A stretch of DNA of 64,000 nucleotides, from the NCBI GenBank assembly GCA_012800315.1, contig JAAZJO010000010.1, positions 45,942-109,941 on the forward strand, in the 5' to 3' direction. The stretch's first letter is position 1. Every line of letters begins with the position of its first letter. Shown piece after piece: positions 39,087 through 48,603 of this stretch. Source of the DNA: Candidatus Falkowbacteria bacterium (GTDB lineage: Bacteria; Patescibacteriota; Patescibacteriia; Patescibacteriales; UBA12465). Made by a program: the position numbers and the translations under genes. A model generated the notes under the pieces. That model was not told the origin of the DNA and did not search any database. It saw only the letters and a list, made by a program, of their open reading frames with translations.

Positions 39087-40664
39087 ATGGCCTCGTTTAA
39101 AAAACAGCTTAATAATTGGTTTGCACTTCGGTCTTGGCGACCGTATTTTTTAATTTTTGTTATCGGTTTTCTGCTTTATGGACAGACTCTATTTTTTGAT
39201 TTTACTTATTTTGATGACAATGAATTAATTTTAAATAAAATAGCGGTTCTCAAAGATTTTAAAAATGTGGGAGAAATATTTTCTAACGATGTTTTTTTCT
39301 CAATTAATAAATTTTATTATCGTCCTTTATTAAATCTATCATTCATGTTTGATGCTCAGCTAGGTGGTGAGTTGCCGTTTTTTTATCATTTGAGCAATAT
39401 TTTTTTTCATCTTTTGGCAGCCATGTTAGTTTTTTGTTTATTGAAAAAGATTAGTCAAAAAACAAAATTATCCTTCTTTTTTTCTCTGGTTTTTTTAGTC
39501 CATCCAGTTTTAACGCAGGCCGTTGCCTGGGTAGCGGGAAGAAATGATTCTCTTTTAACAATTTTTGTTTTAGCCGCTTTTATTTTTTTCTTAAACTTTT
39601 CGGCTGATCATAAATTAAGGCAATATCTGGCTTATCTTTTTTGTTTTTTACTTGCTCTTTTTACTAAAGAGACGGCAATTTTTTTGCCAATTTTGCTTAT
39701 CTTTTATTTTTTGTTTATTGATAAAAAAAGTCTTGATCGGTCTGAAAAATGCTTGCTAATTTTGGGTTCTGCCGTCGGAGCAGTGATTTGGTTTTTAGCT
39801 CGGTCATTGGCCCTGGGTCAGGGAAGCATTAATTATTTAACGGCTATTTTGGGGGTTTTAAAAAATTTGCCAGCCCTTTTTTTTAATGTTGGTAAAATAA
39901 TATTGCCCATTAATTTATCAGTTTTGCCTATTTTAGAAGATTCTAGTTTAGTCTGCGGGATAATAGTTTCTCTTTTATTATTTATCGCTTGGTTTTTTTC
40001 TAAAAAGAAAAGACTCAATTATTCTTTATTTGGCTTAATTTGGTTTTTATTATTTCTTTTTCCCTCATTTATTCGCTTGAATGACTTGCCTGATTTTTTA
40101 GAACATCGTTTATATTTACCAATTATTGGTTTTTTTATTATTTTAATGGAAATAGATTGGATTAAAAATTTGGATTTTACAAAAAAGAAAATAAAGATAA
40201 TGGCGGTAATAATTTTATTAATTTTTTCTGTTTTGACTTTGCGGCATAGTAAAAATTTTTATAATCGGTTAACTTTTTGGCATTCAGCGGCTGAAAGTTC
40301 TGTCCACTCTCCTTTAGCTCAACGTAATTTAGGAGCGATGTATTATCTTGATGGGCGGCTTGATTTAGCGATTGAATATTATAATAAAGCCTTGGCACTT
40401 AATCCGGAAGAGGCAATGGTTCATAATAATCTGGGTTTGATTTATTTAGAGCAAAAGCTGTATAAGCAAGCTGAGGAAGAGTTTAAAAAGGAATTAAGTT
40501 TTTATCCTAATTATGATAAAGCCTTATTTAATCTTGGTTCAGTTTATTATCAGACTGGTCGTCAAAAGGAAGGCAGAGAGTTGTGGCAGCGAGCGTTAGA
40601 GGTTAATCCTTATTACTATGAAGCTTATGCTGCCTTGCTTAATTCTCAAAACCGGTTAAGATAG
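39087..40664 (+). CDS. GT-C fold membrane glycosyltransferase with C-terminal TPR repeats (TMTC/PMT-like architecture)
   Basis: About 10 TM helices. A first-loop acidic motif DFTYFDDNE resembles GT-C. C-terminal TPR units are NLGAMYYLDGRLDLAIEYYNKALALNP ... NLGSVYYQTGRQKEG. Confidence 0.55.
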   Translation: MASFKKQLNNWFALRSWRPYFLIFVIGFLLYGQTLFFDFTYFDDNELILNKIAVLKDFKNVGEIFSNDVFFSINKFYYRPLLNLSFMFDAQLGGELPFFYHLSNIFFHLLAAMLVFCLLKKISQKTKLSFFFSLVFLVHPVLTQAVAWVAGRNDSLLTIFVLAAFIFFLNFSADHKLRQYLAYLFCFLLALFTKETAIFLPILLIFYFLFIDKKSLDRSEKCLLILGSAVGAVIWFLARSLALGQGSINYLTAILGVLKNLPALFFNVGKIILPINLSVLPILEDSSLVCGIIVSLLLFIAWFFSKKKRLNYSLFGLIWFLLFLFPSFIRLNDLPDFLEHRLYLPIIGFFIILMEIDWIKNLDFTKKKIKIMAVIILLIFSVLTLRHSKNFYNRLTFWHSAAESSVHSPLAQRNLGAMYYLDGRLDLAIEYYNKALALNPEEAMVHNNLGLIYLEQKLYKQAEEEFKKELSFYPNYDKALFNLGSVYYQTGRQKEGRELWQRALEVNPYYYEAYAALLNSQNRLR

Positions 40665-40668
40665 TATT

Positions 40669-42315
40669 ATGTTAAAAAAATTTTTTAATCAGCAAATTAA
40701 TAGCATCACAGTAGCAGCGGCCCTAGTCGCTTTGTCTTCGCTTTTTTCGCGGCTCTTAGGAGTTATTCGTGATCGTATTTTAGCGGGGCAATTTGGGGCC
40801 GGTACTGATTTAGATATTTATTATGCGGCTTTTCGTGTACCTGATTTAATTTATAATCTTATTGTTTTGGGTGCTTTATCAGCTGGTTTTGTGCCGATAT
40901 TTACTTCTTTAATTAAAGATTTTTTACATGATAAAGATAAAGATTCTGATCCCGTAGAAAAAAACCAGGAGGCTTGGAGTCTAGCTAATAATATTTTAAA
41001 TATTATTTTTATTGCTTTAGTGGGCTTATCAGTTTTGGGAATTATTTTTGCTCCAGCTTTAACTCGTTGCTTAACTCCAGGATTTAGTGCAGAAAGTCAG
41101 GCGATGACTACTTCTTTAACGCGTATCATGTTTCTTTCTCCAATATTTTTAGGTATCTCTGGTGTTTTAGGTGGTATTTTACAGTCATTTAAAAGATTTT
41201 TGGTTTATTCAATTGCTCCTATTTTTTATAACTTAGGTATTATTATTGGTGCTTTATATTTTGCGCCTCGTTGGGGTCTTGTTGGCTTGGCTTGGGGTGT
41301 GGCTTTGGGCGCCTTTTTACACATGGCTGTTCAAATTCCAGCAGTTTATAATTTAGGTTTTCGTTATAAATTGAAAATTGCTTGGTCTGATTTTTATACC
41401 AAAAAGATTTTTAAGATGATGGTTCCGCGTACGATGAGTTTAGCAATTTCTCAAATAAACTTAATTGTGATCACCGTAATTGCCACTGGCTTATCAAGTG
41501 GATCTTTGGCGGTTTTTAACTTAGCTAATAATTTACAATCTTTTCCGATTGGTATTTTTGGAATTTCTTTTGCAATTGCTGCTTTTCCTAGTTTAGCAGC
41601 CACTGCTTTTGATAAAGAAAAATTGACGGCTAATTTTTCACAAACTTTTCGTCAGATTTTATTTTTCATTGTCCCAGCAACGGTTTTAATAATTGCTTTG
41701 CGTGCTCAAATTATTCGGGTCATTCTTGGAACCGGTAATTTTGATTGGCAAGATACGATTATGACAATGAATACGCTTGGTTTTTTTGCTTTAAGTTTAT
41801 TTGCTCAAGCAACAATTCCTTTATTAGTGCGCGTTTTTTATGCTCGCCAAAATTCAGCCACCCCTTTTTATCTTGGTTTAGTAACGGTTTTAGTTAATAT
41901 CGGCTTATCTTTTCTCTTTTCAAAAACGCTTGGCGTGGCTGGTTTAGCCTTAGCTTTCTCTATCGCTAATATTTTGAATTTTGTGCTACTTTGGATTTGG
42001 TTGTATTTTTCGGTGGGCACTTTAGATCTTGGCAAGATTATAATTTCTGTGTTAAAATTTACTGTCAGCGCGATTGGCGCTGGTTTAGTCACCCAGATTA
42101 TGAAGGTGGTTATTTGGCCATTTATTGATATGACCACTTTTGTCGGCGTCTTTACCCAATTAGTCGTTTGTGGATTATCTGGAACTTTGGTTTATCTATT
42201 GCTTTGCTTATTACTTAAGAGTGAAGAATTATTTAGATTTATTGCTTCTTTACAGAATCGTTGGCCACTTAAGAAAATTAAGTTGGGCGACCAGGGGGAA
42301 GCAAGAGGAGTTTAA
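40669..42315 (+). CDS. murJ: Lipid II flippase MurJ (MviN family)
   Basis: VAAALVALSSLFSRLLGVIRDRILAGQFGAGTDLDIYYAAFRVPDLIYNL matches the MurJ N-terminus. About 14 TM segments. Confidence 0.85.
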   Translation: MLKKFFNQQINSITVAAALVALSSLFSRLLGVIRDRILAGQFGAGTDLDIYYAAFRVPDLIYNLIVLGALSAGFVPIFTSLIKDFLHDKDKDSDPVEKNQEAWSLANNILNIIFIALVGLSVLGIIFAPALTRCLTPGFSAESQAMTTSLTRIMFLSPIFLGISGVLGGILQSFKRFLVYSIAPIFYNLGIIIGALYFAPRWGLVGLAWGVALGAFLHMAVQIPAVYNLGFRYKLKIAWSDFYTKKIFKMMVPRTMSLAISQINLIVITVIATGLSSGSLAVFNLANNLQSFPIGIFGISFAIAAFPSLAATAFDKEKLTANFSQTFRQILFFIVPATVLIIALRAQIIRVILGTGNFDWQDTIMTMNTLGFFALSLFAQATIPLLVRVFYARQNSATPFYLGLVTVLVNIGLSFLFSKTLGVAGLALAFSIANILNFVLLWIWLYFSVGTLDLGKIIISVLKFTVSAIGAGLVTQIMKVVIWPFIDMTTFVGVFTQLVVCGLSGTLVYLLLCLLLKSEELFRFIASLQNRWPLKKIKLGDQGEARGV

Positions 42316-42332
42316 TATTTTATAATTTTTAT

Positions 42333-44165
42333 TTGAGATTAATGAAAGAAGATATTAATAAAATTAGAAATTTTTGTATTATTGCTCATATTGATCATGG
42401 AAAATCAACTTTGGCTGATCGTATGTTAGAAATTACTAGCACAGTTGAAGAGCGTAGAATGAAGGAGCAGGTTTTGGATGGCATGGATATTGAAAGAGAG
42501 CGGGGAATTACAATTAAATTACAGCCAGTGACCATGGAATATAATGGCCATAAGTTAAATTTAATTGATACTCCGGGTCATGTAGACTTTTCTTATGAAG
42601 TTTCTCGTTCTTTAGCAGCTGTAGAAACGGCAATTTTATTAATTGATTGTACTCAGGGAATTCAAGCGCAAACCTTAGCTAATTTATATTTAGCTATTGA
42701 GCAAGATTTAACAATTATTCCGGTAGTTAATAAAATTGATTTGCCAGCAGCCGATGTAGCGAAAACTAAAAGAGAAATTGTTAAATTATTAGGTTGCCAA
42801 GAGGCGGAAATATTAGCTTGTTCTGGAAAAACAGGAGAAGGTGTAGCTGAGGTTTTAGCTGAAGTGATTAAAAAAGGTTTGCCGCCTAAGGAAAAAGAGC
42901 TTAGTCTCACTGATTATCCGCGAGCTTTAATTTTTGATTCAAAGTATGACACTTATCGCGGGGTGGTTGCCTACGTTAGAGTTTTTAATGGCACTATTAG
43001 AAAGGGTGATAAAATTCGTCTTTTATCAATGGGCGCGGAAAGTGAGGTTTTGGATTGTGGTATTTTTAAACCAGACTATCATTCTTTAGAGGCTCTTAGT
43101 GCTGGAGAAATTGGTTATATTATTACCGGCTTTAAAACGGTTGGTGATTGTCGGGTGGGTGATACTTTAACAGCTAATAAAGGAGTAAACAATTTTTCTC
43201 AGATTGAACCTTTGCCTGGTTATAAAGAAGTTAAACCAATGGTTTTTGCTGGTATTTTTCCACGTGAAGGCAGTGATTTTAAAGAATTGCGCGAGGCCAT
43301 GGATAAATTAAAATTGAATGACGCAGCTTTATCTTATGAGCCGGAAAGATCAGATGCGCTTGGTTTTGGTTTTCGTTGTGGCTTTCTTGGACTTCTTCAT
43401 CTGGAGGTTTTTCAAGAAAGATTGCGTCGTGAATATAATCTTGATTTAATTGTGACCGTGCCAAGCGTTGCTTATAAAGTTTTTAAAAATAATGGTGAAG
43501 AAATTATTGTACGCACACCACAAAAATTGCCCGAGCCGACACATATTAAACATATTGAAGAGCCTTGGGTAAATTTGGATATTATTACTCCGAAAAATTA
43601 TCTGGGTAATATTATTAAATTAGCCCAAGAAAAGAGAGGGGTTTATAAAAATACTGAATATATTTCGGCGGAAAGTGATGAGCCACGTGTAATTTTACAT
43701 TATGAAATTCCAATGTCAGCGATTTTAACTGATTTTTATGATAAAATAAAAAGTGCTTCGGCTGGCTATGCTTCAATTAATTATGAGTTTCTTGATTATC
43801 GCCAAGCAGATGTGGTTAGAATGGATGTTTTAGTAGCTGAAGAGCCAATTGAGGCCTTGGCAACGATTGTCTATCGTGATCAAGCGATGAGTGAGGGGCG
43901 GGAAGTGGTTAATATTTTAAAAGACACTTTGCCACGCCAGATGTTTGTGATTAAAATTCAGGCGGCGGTTCATGGAAAAATTATTGCGGCGGAAAAATTA
44001 TCAGCGTTGCGCAAAGATGTGACAGCTAAATTATATGGTGGAGATGTTTCTCGTAAACGTAAGTTATTAGAAAAGCAGAAAAAAGGTAAACAGAAAATGA
44101 TGGCTGCTGGTAAAGGCAGTGTTGATATCCCGCCAGATGCTTTTGTTAAAATATTAAAGAGATAA
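42333..44165 (+). CDS. lepA: Elongation factor 4 (LepA)
   Basis: IRNFCIIAHIDHGKSTLADRMLE is the G-domain motif. LepA-specific C-terminal domain. The ORF is 610 aa. Confidence 0.95.
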   Translation: MRLMKEDINKIRNFCIIAHIDHGKSTLADRMLEITSTVEERRMKEQVLDGMDIERERGITIKLQPVTMEYNGHKLNLIDTPGHVDFSYEVSRSLAAVETAILLIDCTQGIQAQTLANLYLAIEQDLTIIPVVNKIDLPAADVAKTKREIVKLLGCQEAEILACSGKTGEGVAEVLAEVIKKGLPPKEKELSLTDYPRALIFDSKYDTYRGVVAYVRVFNGTIRKGDKIRLLSMGAESEVLDCGIFKPDYHSLEALSAGEIGYIITGFKTVGDCRVGDTLTANKGVNNFSQIEPLPGYKEVKPMVFAGIFPREGSDFKELREAMDKLKLNDAALSYEPERSDALGFGFRCGFLGLLHLEVFQERLRREYNLDLIVTVPSVAYKVFKNNGEEIIVRTPQKLPEPTHIKHIEEPWVNLDIITPKNYLGNIIKLAQEKRGVYKNTEYISAESDEPRVILHYEIPMSAILTDFYDKIKSASAGYASINYEFLDYRQADVVRMDVLVAEEPIEALATIVYRDQAMSEGREVVNILKDTLPRQMFVIKIQAAVHGKIIAAEKLSALRKDVTAKLYGGDVSRKRKLLEKQKKGKQKMMAAGKGSVDIPPDAFVKILKR

Positions 44166-44303
44166 ATAAATCTAAAATACTTATATGAGAAGACAAAAAA
44201 CAATCAAGATTTTTTGGATAATAATTTCAATGATTATTATTTTTTCAATGTTGGCTTGGTCTGTAGGTACGATATTTTTCTAATAAATTTTTGATATATC
44301 GCC

Positions 44304-46127
44304 ATGAAAGAATGGCAAATTTTTCCTAAAGCGGCGGCGGATTTTTTCCGCAATTACCCGGATATTAATCCGGTAGTTTTGCAATTACTTTTTAATCGCG
44401 GTCTTAAAGAGAAAATTGATATTAAGTCTTTTTTAAATTGCGAACTTGCTGCTGATAAAACTTTAGCGATTGGTGAGAATCAGGAATATGTTTTTTATGA
44501 TCCATTTTTGTTTAGAGATATGGCGGCAGCGGTTGATTTAATTATTGCGCATATTAAAAAGGGTAGCCCGATAGTAATTTATGGAGATTATGATGCGGAT
44601 GGAGTTACTGCTTCGGTTATTCTTTTAGAAACTTTAAAAATTTTACATGCTCAGGTGGAAGTTTATTTACCAGATAGAGTGGCTGAAGGATATGGTTTAA
44701 ATAAGGCGGCGATTAATCAACTAGCTGCTCAGGGAGTAAAATTATTAATTACAGTTGATAATGGTATTCGTAATTTTGCTGAAGTAGCCTATGCTAAAAG
44801 TAAGGGCTTAGAAGTAATTATTACCGATCATCATGTTTTACCGGAAAATAGAAAGGAGATACCAGATTGTCTCTATATTGATCCGGCTGATCAAGAAGAT
44901 AATTATCCTTGGCCGTATTTAGCGGGCGTTGGTGTTTCTTTTAAATTGATTAGCGCTTTATTAGCCAAGGCTAATTTACCGGATAAACAGAAGCAGTTAA
45001 TTATGGAAAAAAGTCTTGATTTAGTGGCGGTGGGCACAGTTGCTGATATGGTTAGTCTTTTGGGAGAGAATAGATTATTAGTGAAGAGTGGTTTAAAAAT
45101 ATTAAATCAAAATAGGCGTCTAGGTTTAAATGAGTTAATTAAGGTTTCTAAAATAAATAATGGTCGGCCATTGGAAGCGTGGAATATTGGTTGGCAAATC
45201 GGACCGCGCCTTAATGCTGCTAGTCGTTTAAGTCATGCTAATACCGCCTTTGAGTTATTGACTACAACTGATGCGGCGGAAGCCAAAGAGTTGGCTGCTG
45301 AGTTAAATCAACGCAACATTAATCGTCAGCGCATTACCGAAGAAATAATTTCTCAAGTAGAAGTACAAATTGATAAAGATAATTTACCTAATTTAATTGT
45401 TGGTGTGGCTGGTGAAAATCAAATTTGGAATGAAGGAGTGATTGGTTTAGTAGCTGGGAAAATAGCCGAAAAATATTATCGGCCAACTTTAATTATCACT
45501 CGTTTAATTGAAGAGGCGGAATTTGATGCTGATACGAAAAAATTAGTTCCGAAAAAAGTTTCTTTCAAAGGCTCTGGTCGTTCAGTGGATGAATTTAATT
45601 TAATAGAGGCAATTGAAGATTGTGCTCCCAACCTTGATAAATTTGGCGGACATCCGATGGCTTGTGGTTTTTCAATAAATTCGGAAGTAGCTTTAGATAA
45701 ATTTATTTCTCAAATTCAAGAGATTGCTGAACAAAAAATTACTCAAACTGCCTTAGTTCCTAAATTAAAAATTGAAATGGAATTAGATTTTTCAGCTATT
45801 AATCTTGATTTAGCTGAGGCAGTTAATTCTTTAGCCCCTCATGGGCAAAATAATCCGCAACCCCGTTTTGTTAGTTATCATTTAAGAATTGATGATATTG
45901 TGACGATGGGTTTTGACAATCAACATATTAAAATGCGTCTTTCTAAAGTTGATCCTAGCTCTGGCACAACTTCTTCTTTTTGGGCTTTGGCTTTTGGCGG
46001 GGCAGCTAACTATAAAGAATGTGTTATTGGTGATTATATTGATTTAGTTTATTATTTAGAAATAAATGATTTTAATGGTCGGCGTGAACCGCAATTAAAA
46101 ATTATTGATTTAAAAAAATATGAGTAA
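44304..46127 (+). CDS. recJ: Single-stranded-DNA-specific exonuclease RecJ
   Basis: DHH motifs IVIYGDYDADGVTA and ITDHH. Also has DHHA1 and a C-terminal OB-like domain. Confidence 0.85.
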   Translation: MKEWQIFPKAAADFFRNYPDINPVVLQLLFNRGLKEKIDIKSFLNCELAADKTLAIGENQEYVFYDPFLFRDMAAAVDLIIAHIKKGSPIVIYGDYDADGVTASVILLETLKILHAQVEVYLPDRVAEGYGLNKAAINQLAAQGVKLLITVDNGIRNFAEVAYAKSKGLEVIITDHHVLPENRKEIPDCLYIDPADQEDNYPWPYLAGVGVSFKLISALLAKANLPDKQKQLIMEKSLDLVAVGTVADMVSLLGENRLLVKSGLKILNQNRRLGLNELIKVSKINNGRPLEAWNIGWQIGPRLNAASRLSHANTAFELLTTTDAAEAKELAAELNQRNINRQRITEEIISQVEVQIDKDNLPNLIVGVAGENQIWNEGVIGLVAGKIAEKYYRPTLIITRLIEEAEFDADTKKLVPKKVSFKGSGRSVDEFNLIEAIEDCAPNLDKFGGHPMACGFSINSEVALDKFISQIQEIAEQKITQTALVPKLKIEMELDFSAINLDLAEAVNSLAPHGQNNPQPRFVSYHLRIDDIVTMGFDNQHIKMRLSKVDPSSGTTSSFWALAFGGAANYKECVIGDYIDLVYYLEINDFNGRREPQLKIIDLKKYE

Positions 46128-46527
46128 GTTTATTATTTTTACTGACGGAGGAGCGCGGGGCAATCCAGGACCAGCTGGGATTGGCGCGGTTATTTATAAT
46201 GAGGACAAAGTTTTAGTAGCAGAGATTTCTGAATATTTAGGCGAGACTACTAATAATCAAGCTGAATATAAAGCTTTGATTGCTGCTTTAAAAAAAGTAA
46301 TCACTTTAGGAGCAATTGAAGTGGAGTGCTATCTTGATAGTGAGTTAGTGGTTAAACAATTAAATCGGGAATATAAAATAAAGAACAAAGAGCTGGCGCC
46401 TTTGTTCTTAGAGATACATAATTTAAGTTTAAATTTTAAAAAGATTTCTTTTATCCATATTCCGCGTGAGCGGAATAAGGAGGCAGATAAATTAGCTAAT
46501 GAGGCAATGGACAGAGGCGCTAAATAA
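46120..46527 (+). CDS. rnhA: Ribonuclease HI
   Basis: IIFTDGGARGNPGPAGIGAVI and TNNQAEYKALIAAL are RNase H catalytic motifs. It overlaps the recJ stop by 8 nt. Confidence 0.8.
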   Translation: MSKFIIFTDGGARGNPGPAGIGAVIYNEDKVLVAEISEYLGETTNNQAEYKALIAALKKVITLGAIEVECYLDSELVVKQLNREYKIKNKELAPLFLEIHNLSLNFKKISFIHIPRERNKEADKLANEAMDRGAK

Positions 46528-46538
46528 GCGCCTTTTTA
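46515..46538. terminator. Bidirectional terminator between convergent rnhA and the minus-strand por-pilin operon
   Basis: Hairpin aggcgc-taaataa-gcgcct followed by ttttt on plus and an A/T run on minus. Confidence 0.45.
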
Positions 46539-46540
46539 TA

Positions 46541-47734
46541 TTATGAATTTGGACAAGGATTATTCATCGGTTCATTATATTGATAATGCCACCATTCTCC
46601 ACAATATCTAACCCAGCCGGCCGCCTGCATTATTTCTTTTAATTTTTCTACATCAGCATCAGAATATTCAGCATTAGCTTTTCCGCCAATGTGATTACAA
46701 GATTCCGTGCCTTTAATACAAAGATCAATTGCTTTACCACTGCGGTGACCACCGCAACTTCCCGGTTTAGCTACCCATTTTTGGGCTTCTAGTTCGTTGC
46801 CGTATGTTCTTAGGGCGGCTTCCCATAATTCTTGTTGGTGTTGAGCTGTTCTAAAGGCGCTAACGACATGTAGATTAACACCTCGTTTTTGAGCTTCGGA
46901 GATAGCTAAAGAGAGACCATCAATTCCTTCAGGGGCGAGAAAAGGTGAGGTAGCGCTCGTTGAAACTAAATCAGAGATAGGTTGAATTTCTTTATCTTTA
47001 GCACAGGTACCGACAGCATTTTCAGTACTATCACTACCATTTTTTATAGGGGTGATAACTATTTTTTGAACTGAGGAAACATTAACTCCTTTTAGATTAA
47101 CTAAATCAGGATTGACGATTGTTAAAATTGTGTAGGAAACTAGCAGAATGATTAAGCCACTAATACTACCGATTATTAATTCCTTCGCTTTAGTAATTTT
47201 TGAGGCATCGCCAGCTGAAATTAGCCAGAGCAAACCACCAGCCATTAGCATGATGGCGGCGAGAATACCGACAATGCCCAGAGCATAATTATATAAACCA
47301 GCAATATATTGCCCAATCCAAGGAATATTACATTTTTCACCCACGGGACAAGTTACAGGAGCTAATTTATTTAGCCCAGGTATTTGCACCTGAAAATCAG
47401 GGATAGTAAAGCGGGCAGCTACTGGTTCTTGTACTGGTTCTTGGGTTTCACAACAACAGACAGCCTCATCTAATCCTTTAGTTTTTGGTTTTGGCGTGGC
47501 GGAGCAGAAGTCATCGCTAAATTGAGTCATTTGCTTCTCTTCACATGTCCCAGATTTAATTATTACTTTACTTATTATGGTGTTTTGCTGATAAGAAGTT
47601 GTCATTGCTTTATTTATCACTGACCAAGTACAATTTCCGCCAGCGCTGACTGGATTTGTGGTAGATAAAAAGAGGCTCAAAAAAAGAAGAGGAAATAAAA
47701 TCAAGAGTATAGATTTTTTTATCTTTAAATTCAT
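46541..47734 (-). CDS. Secreted Cys-rich protein with T4SS-pilin-like two-helix hairpin fused to C-terminal M15 (VanY-like D-Ala-D-Ala carboxypeptidase) domain
   Basis: Signal peptide and CCCE motif. Hairpin is GIVGILAAIMLMAGGLLWLISAGDASKITKAKELIIGSISGLIILLVSYTILTIVNP. M15 motifs are VVSAFRTAQHQ, HRSGKAIDL and EWWHY. The ATG overlaps the porB stop as ATGA. Confidence 0.6.
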   Translation of the reverse strand: MNLKIKKSILLILFPLLFLSLFLSTTNPVSAGGNCTWSVINKAMTTSYQQNTIISKVIIKSGTCEEKQMTQFSDDFCSATPKPKTKGLDEAVCCCETQEPVQEPVAARFTIPDFQVQIPGLNKLAPVTCPVGEKCNIPWIGQYIAGLYNYALGIVGILAAIMLMAGGLLWLISAGDASKITKAKELIIGSISGLIILLVSYTILTIVNPDLVNLKGVNVSSVQKIVITPIKNGSDSTENAVGTCAKDKEIQPISDLVSTSATSPFLAPEGIDGLSLAISEAQKRGVNLHVVSAFRTAQHQQELWEAALRTYGNELEAQKWVAKPGSCGGHRSGKAIDLCIKGTESCNHIGGKANAEYSDADVEKLKEIMQAAGWVRYCGEWWHYQYNEPMNNPCPNS

Positions 47735-48603
47735 ATTTTATATTTTTTTATATTTTCGGCGGCTAATTTTTGGATAATAGAAATATCAGCTTCTTTTAGA
47801 TGTTTAAAACGTCCTTGTTTTTTTAAATATTCTTCAACTGCTTTAGCTTGGAAATTAGAATTAATACTGGAAGCACTTAATTGTCCATTAATATATTCTA
47901 ATAACGGATAAAGACCAGTTTGGACGGCTAATTTGCCCAGCATTGCTGCTTCGTTATTATTTATTTTCCAACCGGGAATGCAGGGGCAGAGTATTTGTAG
48001 ATAACTTGGGCCATCTGTTTCTAAAGCCTTTTTTACTTTATTAGTAATATCATCTGGAAAGCCGGCAGAGGATTGAGCAACATATTTTAAATTATGTGCT
48101 AGAGCAATAGCTAGCATATCTTTTTTTCTTTGAGTTGAGCCGCTGGAGACGGTGCCTGAGGGGGAAGTAGAGGTACTGGCGCCGTAGGGAGTAGCACCCG
48201 AGGCCTGTATACCAGTATTTGAATAAGCTTCGGTATCATAACAGATATATAAAACATTTTCTCCGCGCTCCCAGAGACCACTAATTAAGCCAAAGCCAAT
48301 ATCAAAAGTGCCACCGTCGCCCCCTTGAACAACTACTTTAGTTTTTTTATCGCCTTTTTTATTTAGAGCGGCCTTAATGCCTGAAGCTACAGCGGCAGCA
48401 TTTTCAAACAAAGAATGAATCCAGGGTAAACCCCAAGCACTTTGCGGATAAGCAGTTGTGGTTACTTCTAAGCAACCAGTGGCGTTAGCGATAATAACAT
48501 TTTTATGTAAGCCGCGCATTACTGCTTGTGCAGCTGATAATTGACCGCAGCCAGCGCAACCGTTGTGGCCAGGGGAGAGAAATTTAGTATTTTTATTATT
48601 CAT
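47731..48603 (-). CDS. porB: 2-oxoacid (pyruvate):ferredoxin oxidoreductase beta subunit (TPP-binding)
   Basis: Cys cluster GHNGCAGCGQL. TPP-binding motif QGGDGGTFDIGFG. I took the start at the internal Met MNNKNTKF (48603) since the longer ORF overlaps the upstream gene. Confidence 0.85.
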   Translation of the reverse strand: MNNKNTKFLSPGHNGCAGCGQLSAAQAVMRGLHKNVIIANATGCLEVTTTAYPQSAWGLPWIHSLFENAAAVASGIKAALNKKGDKKTKVVVQGGDGGTFDIGFGLISGLWERGENVLYICYDTEAYSNTGIQASGATPYGASTSTSPSGTVSSGSTQRKKDMLAIALAHNLKYVAQSSAGFPDDITNKVKKALETDGPSYLQILCPCIPGWKINNNEAAMLGKLAVQTGLYPLLEYINGQLSASSINSNFQAKAVEEYLKKQGRFKHLKEADISIIQKLAAENIKKYKI

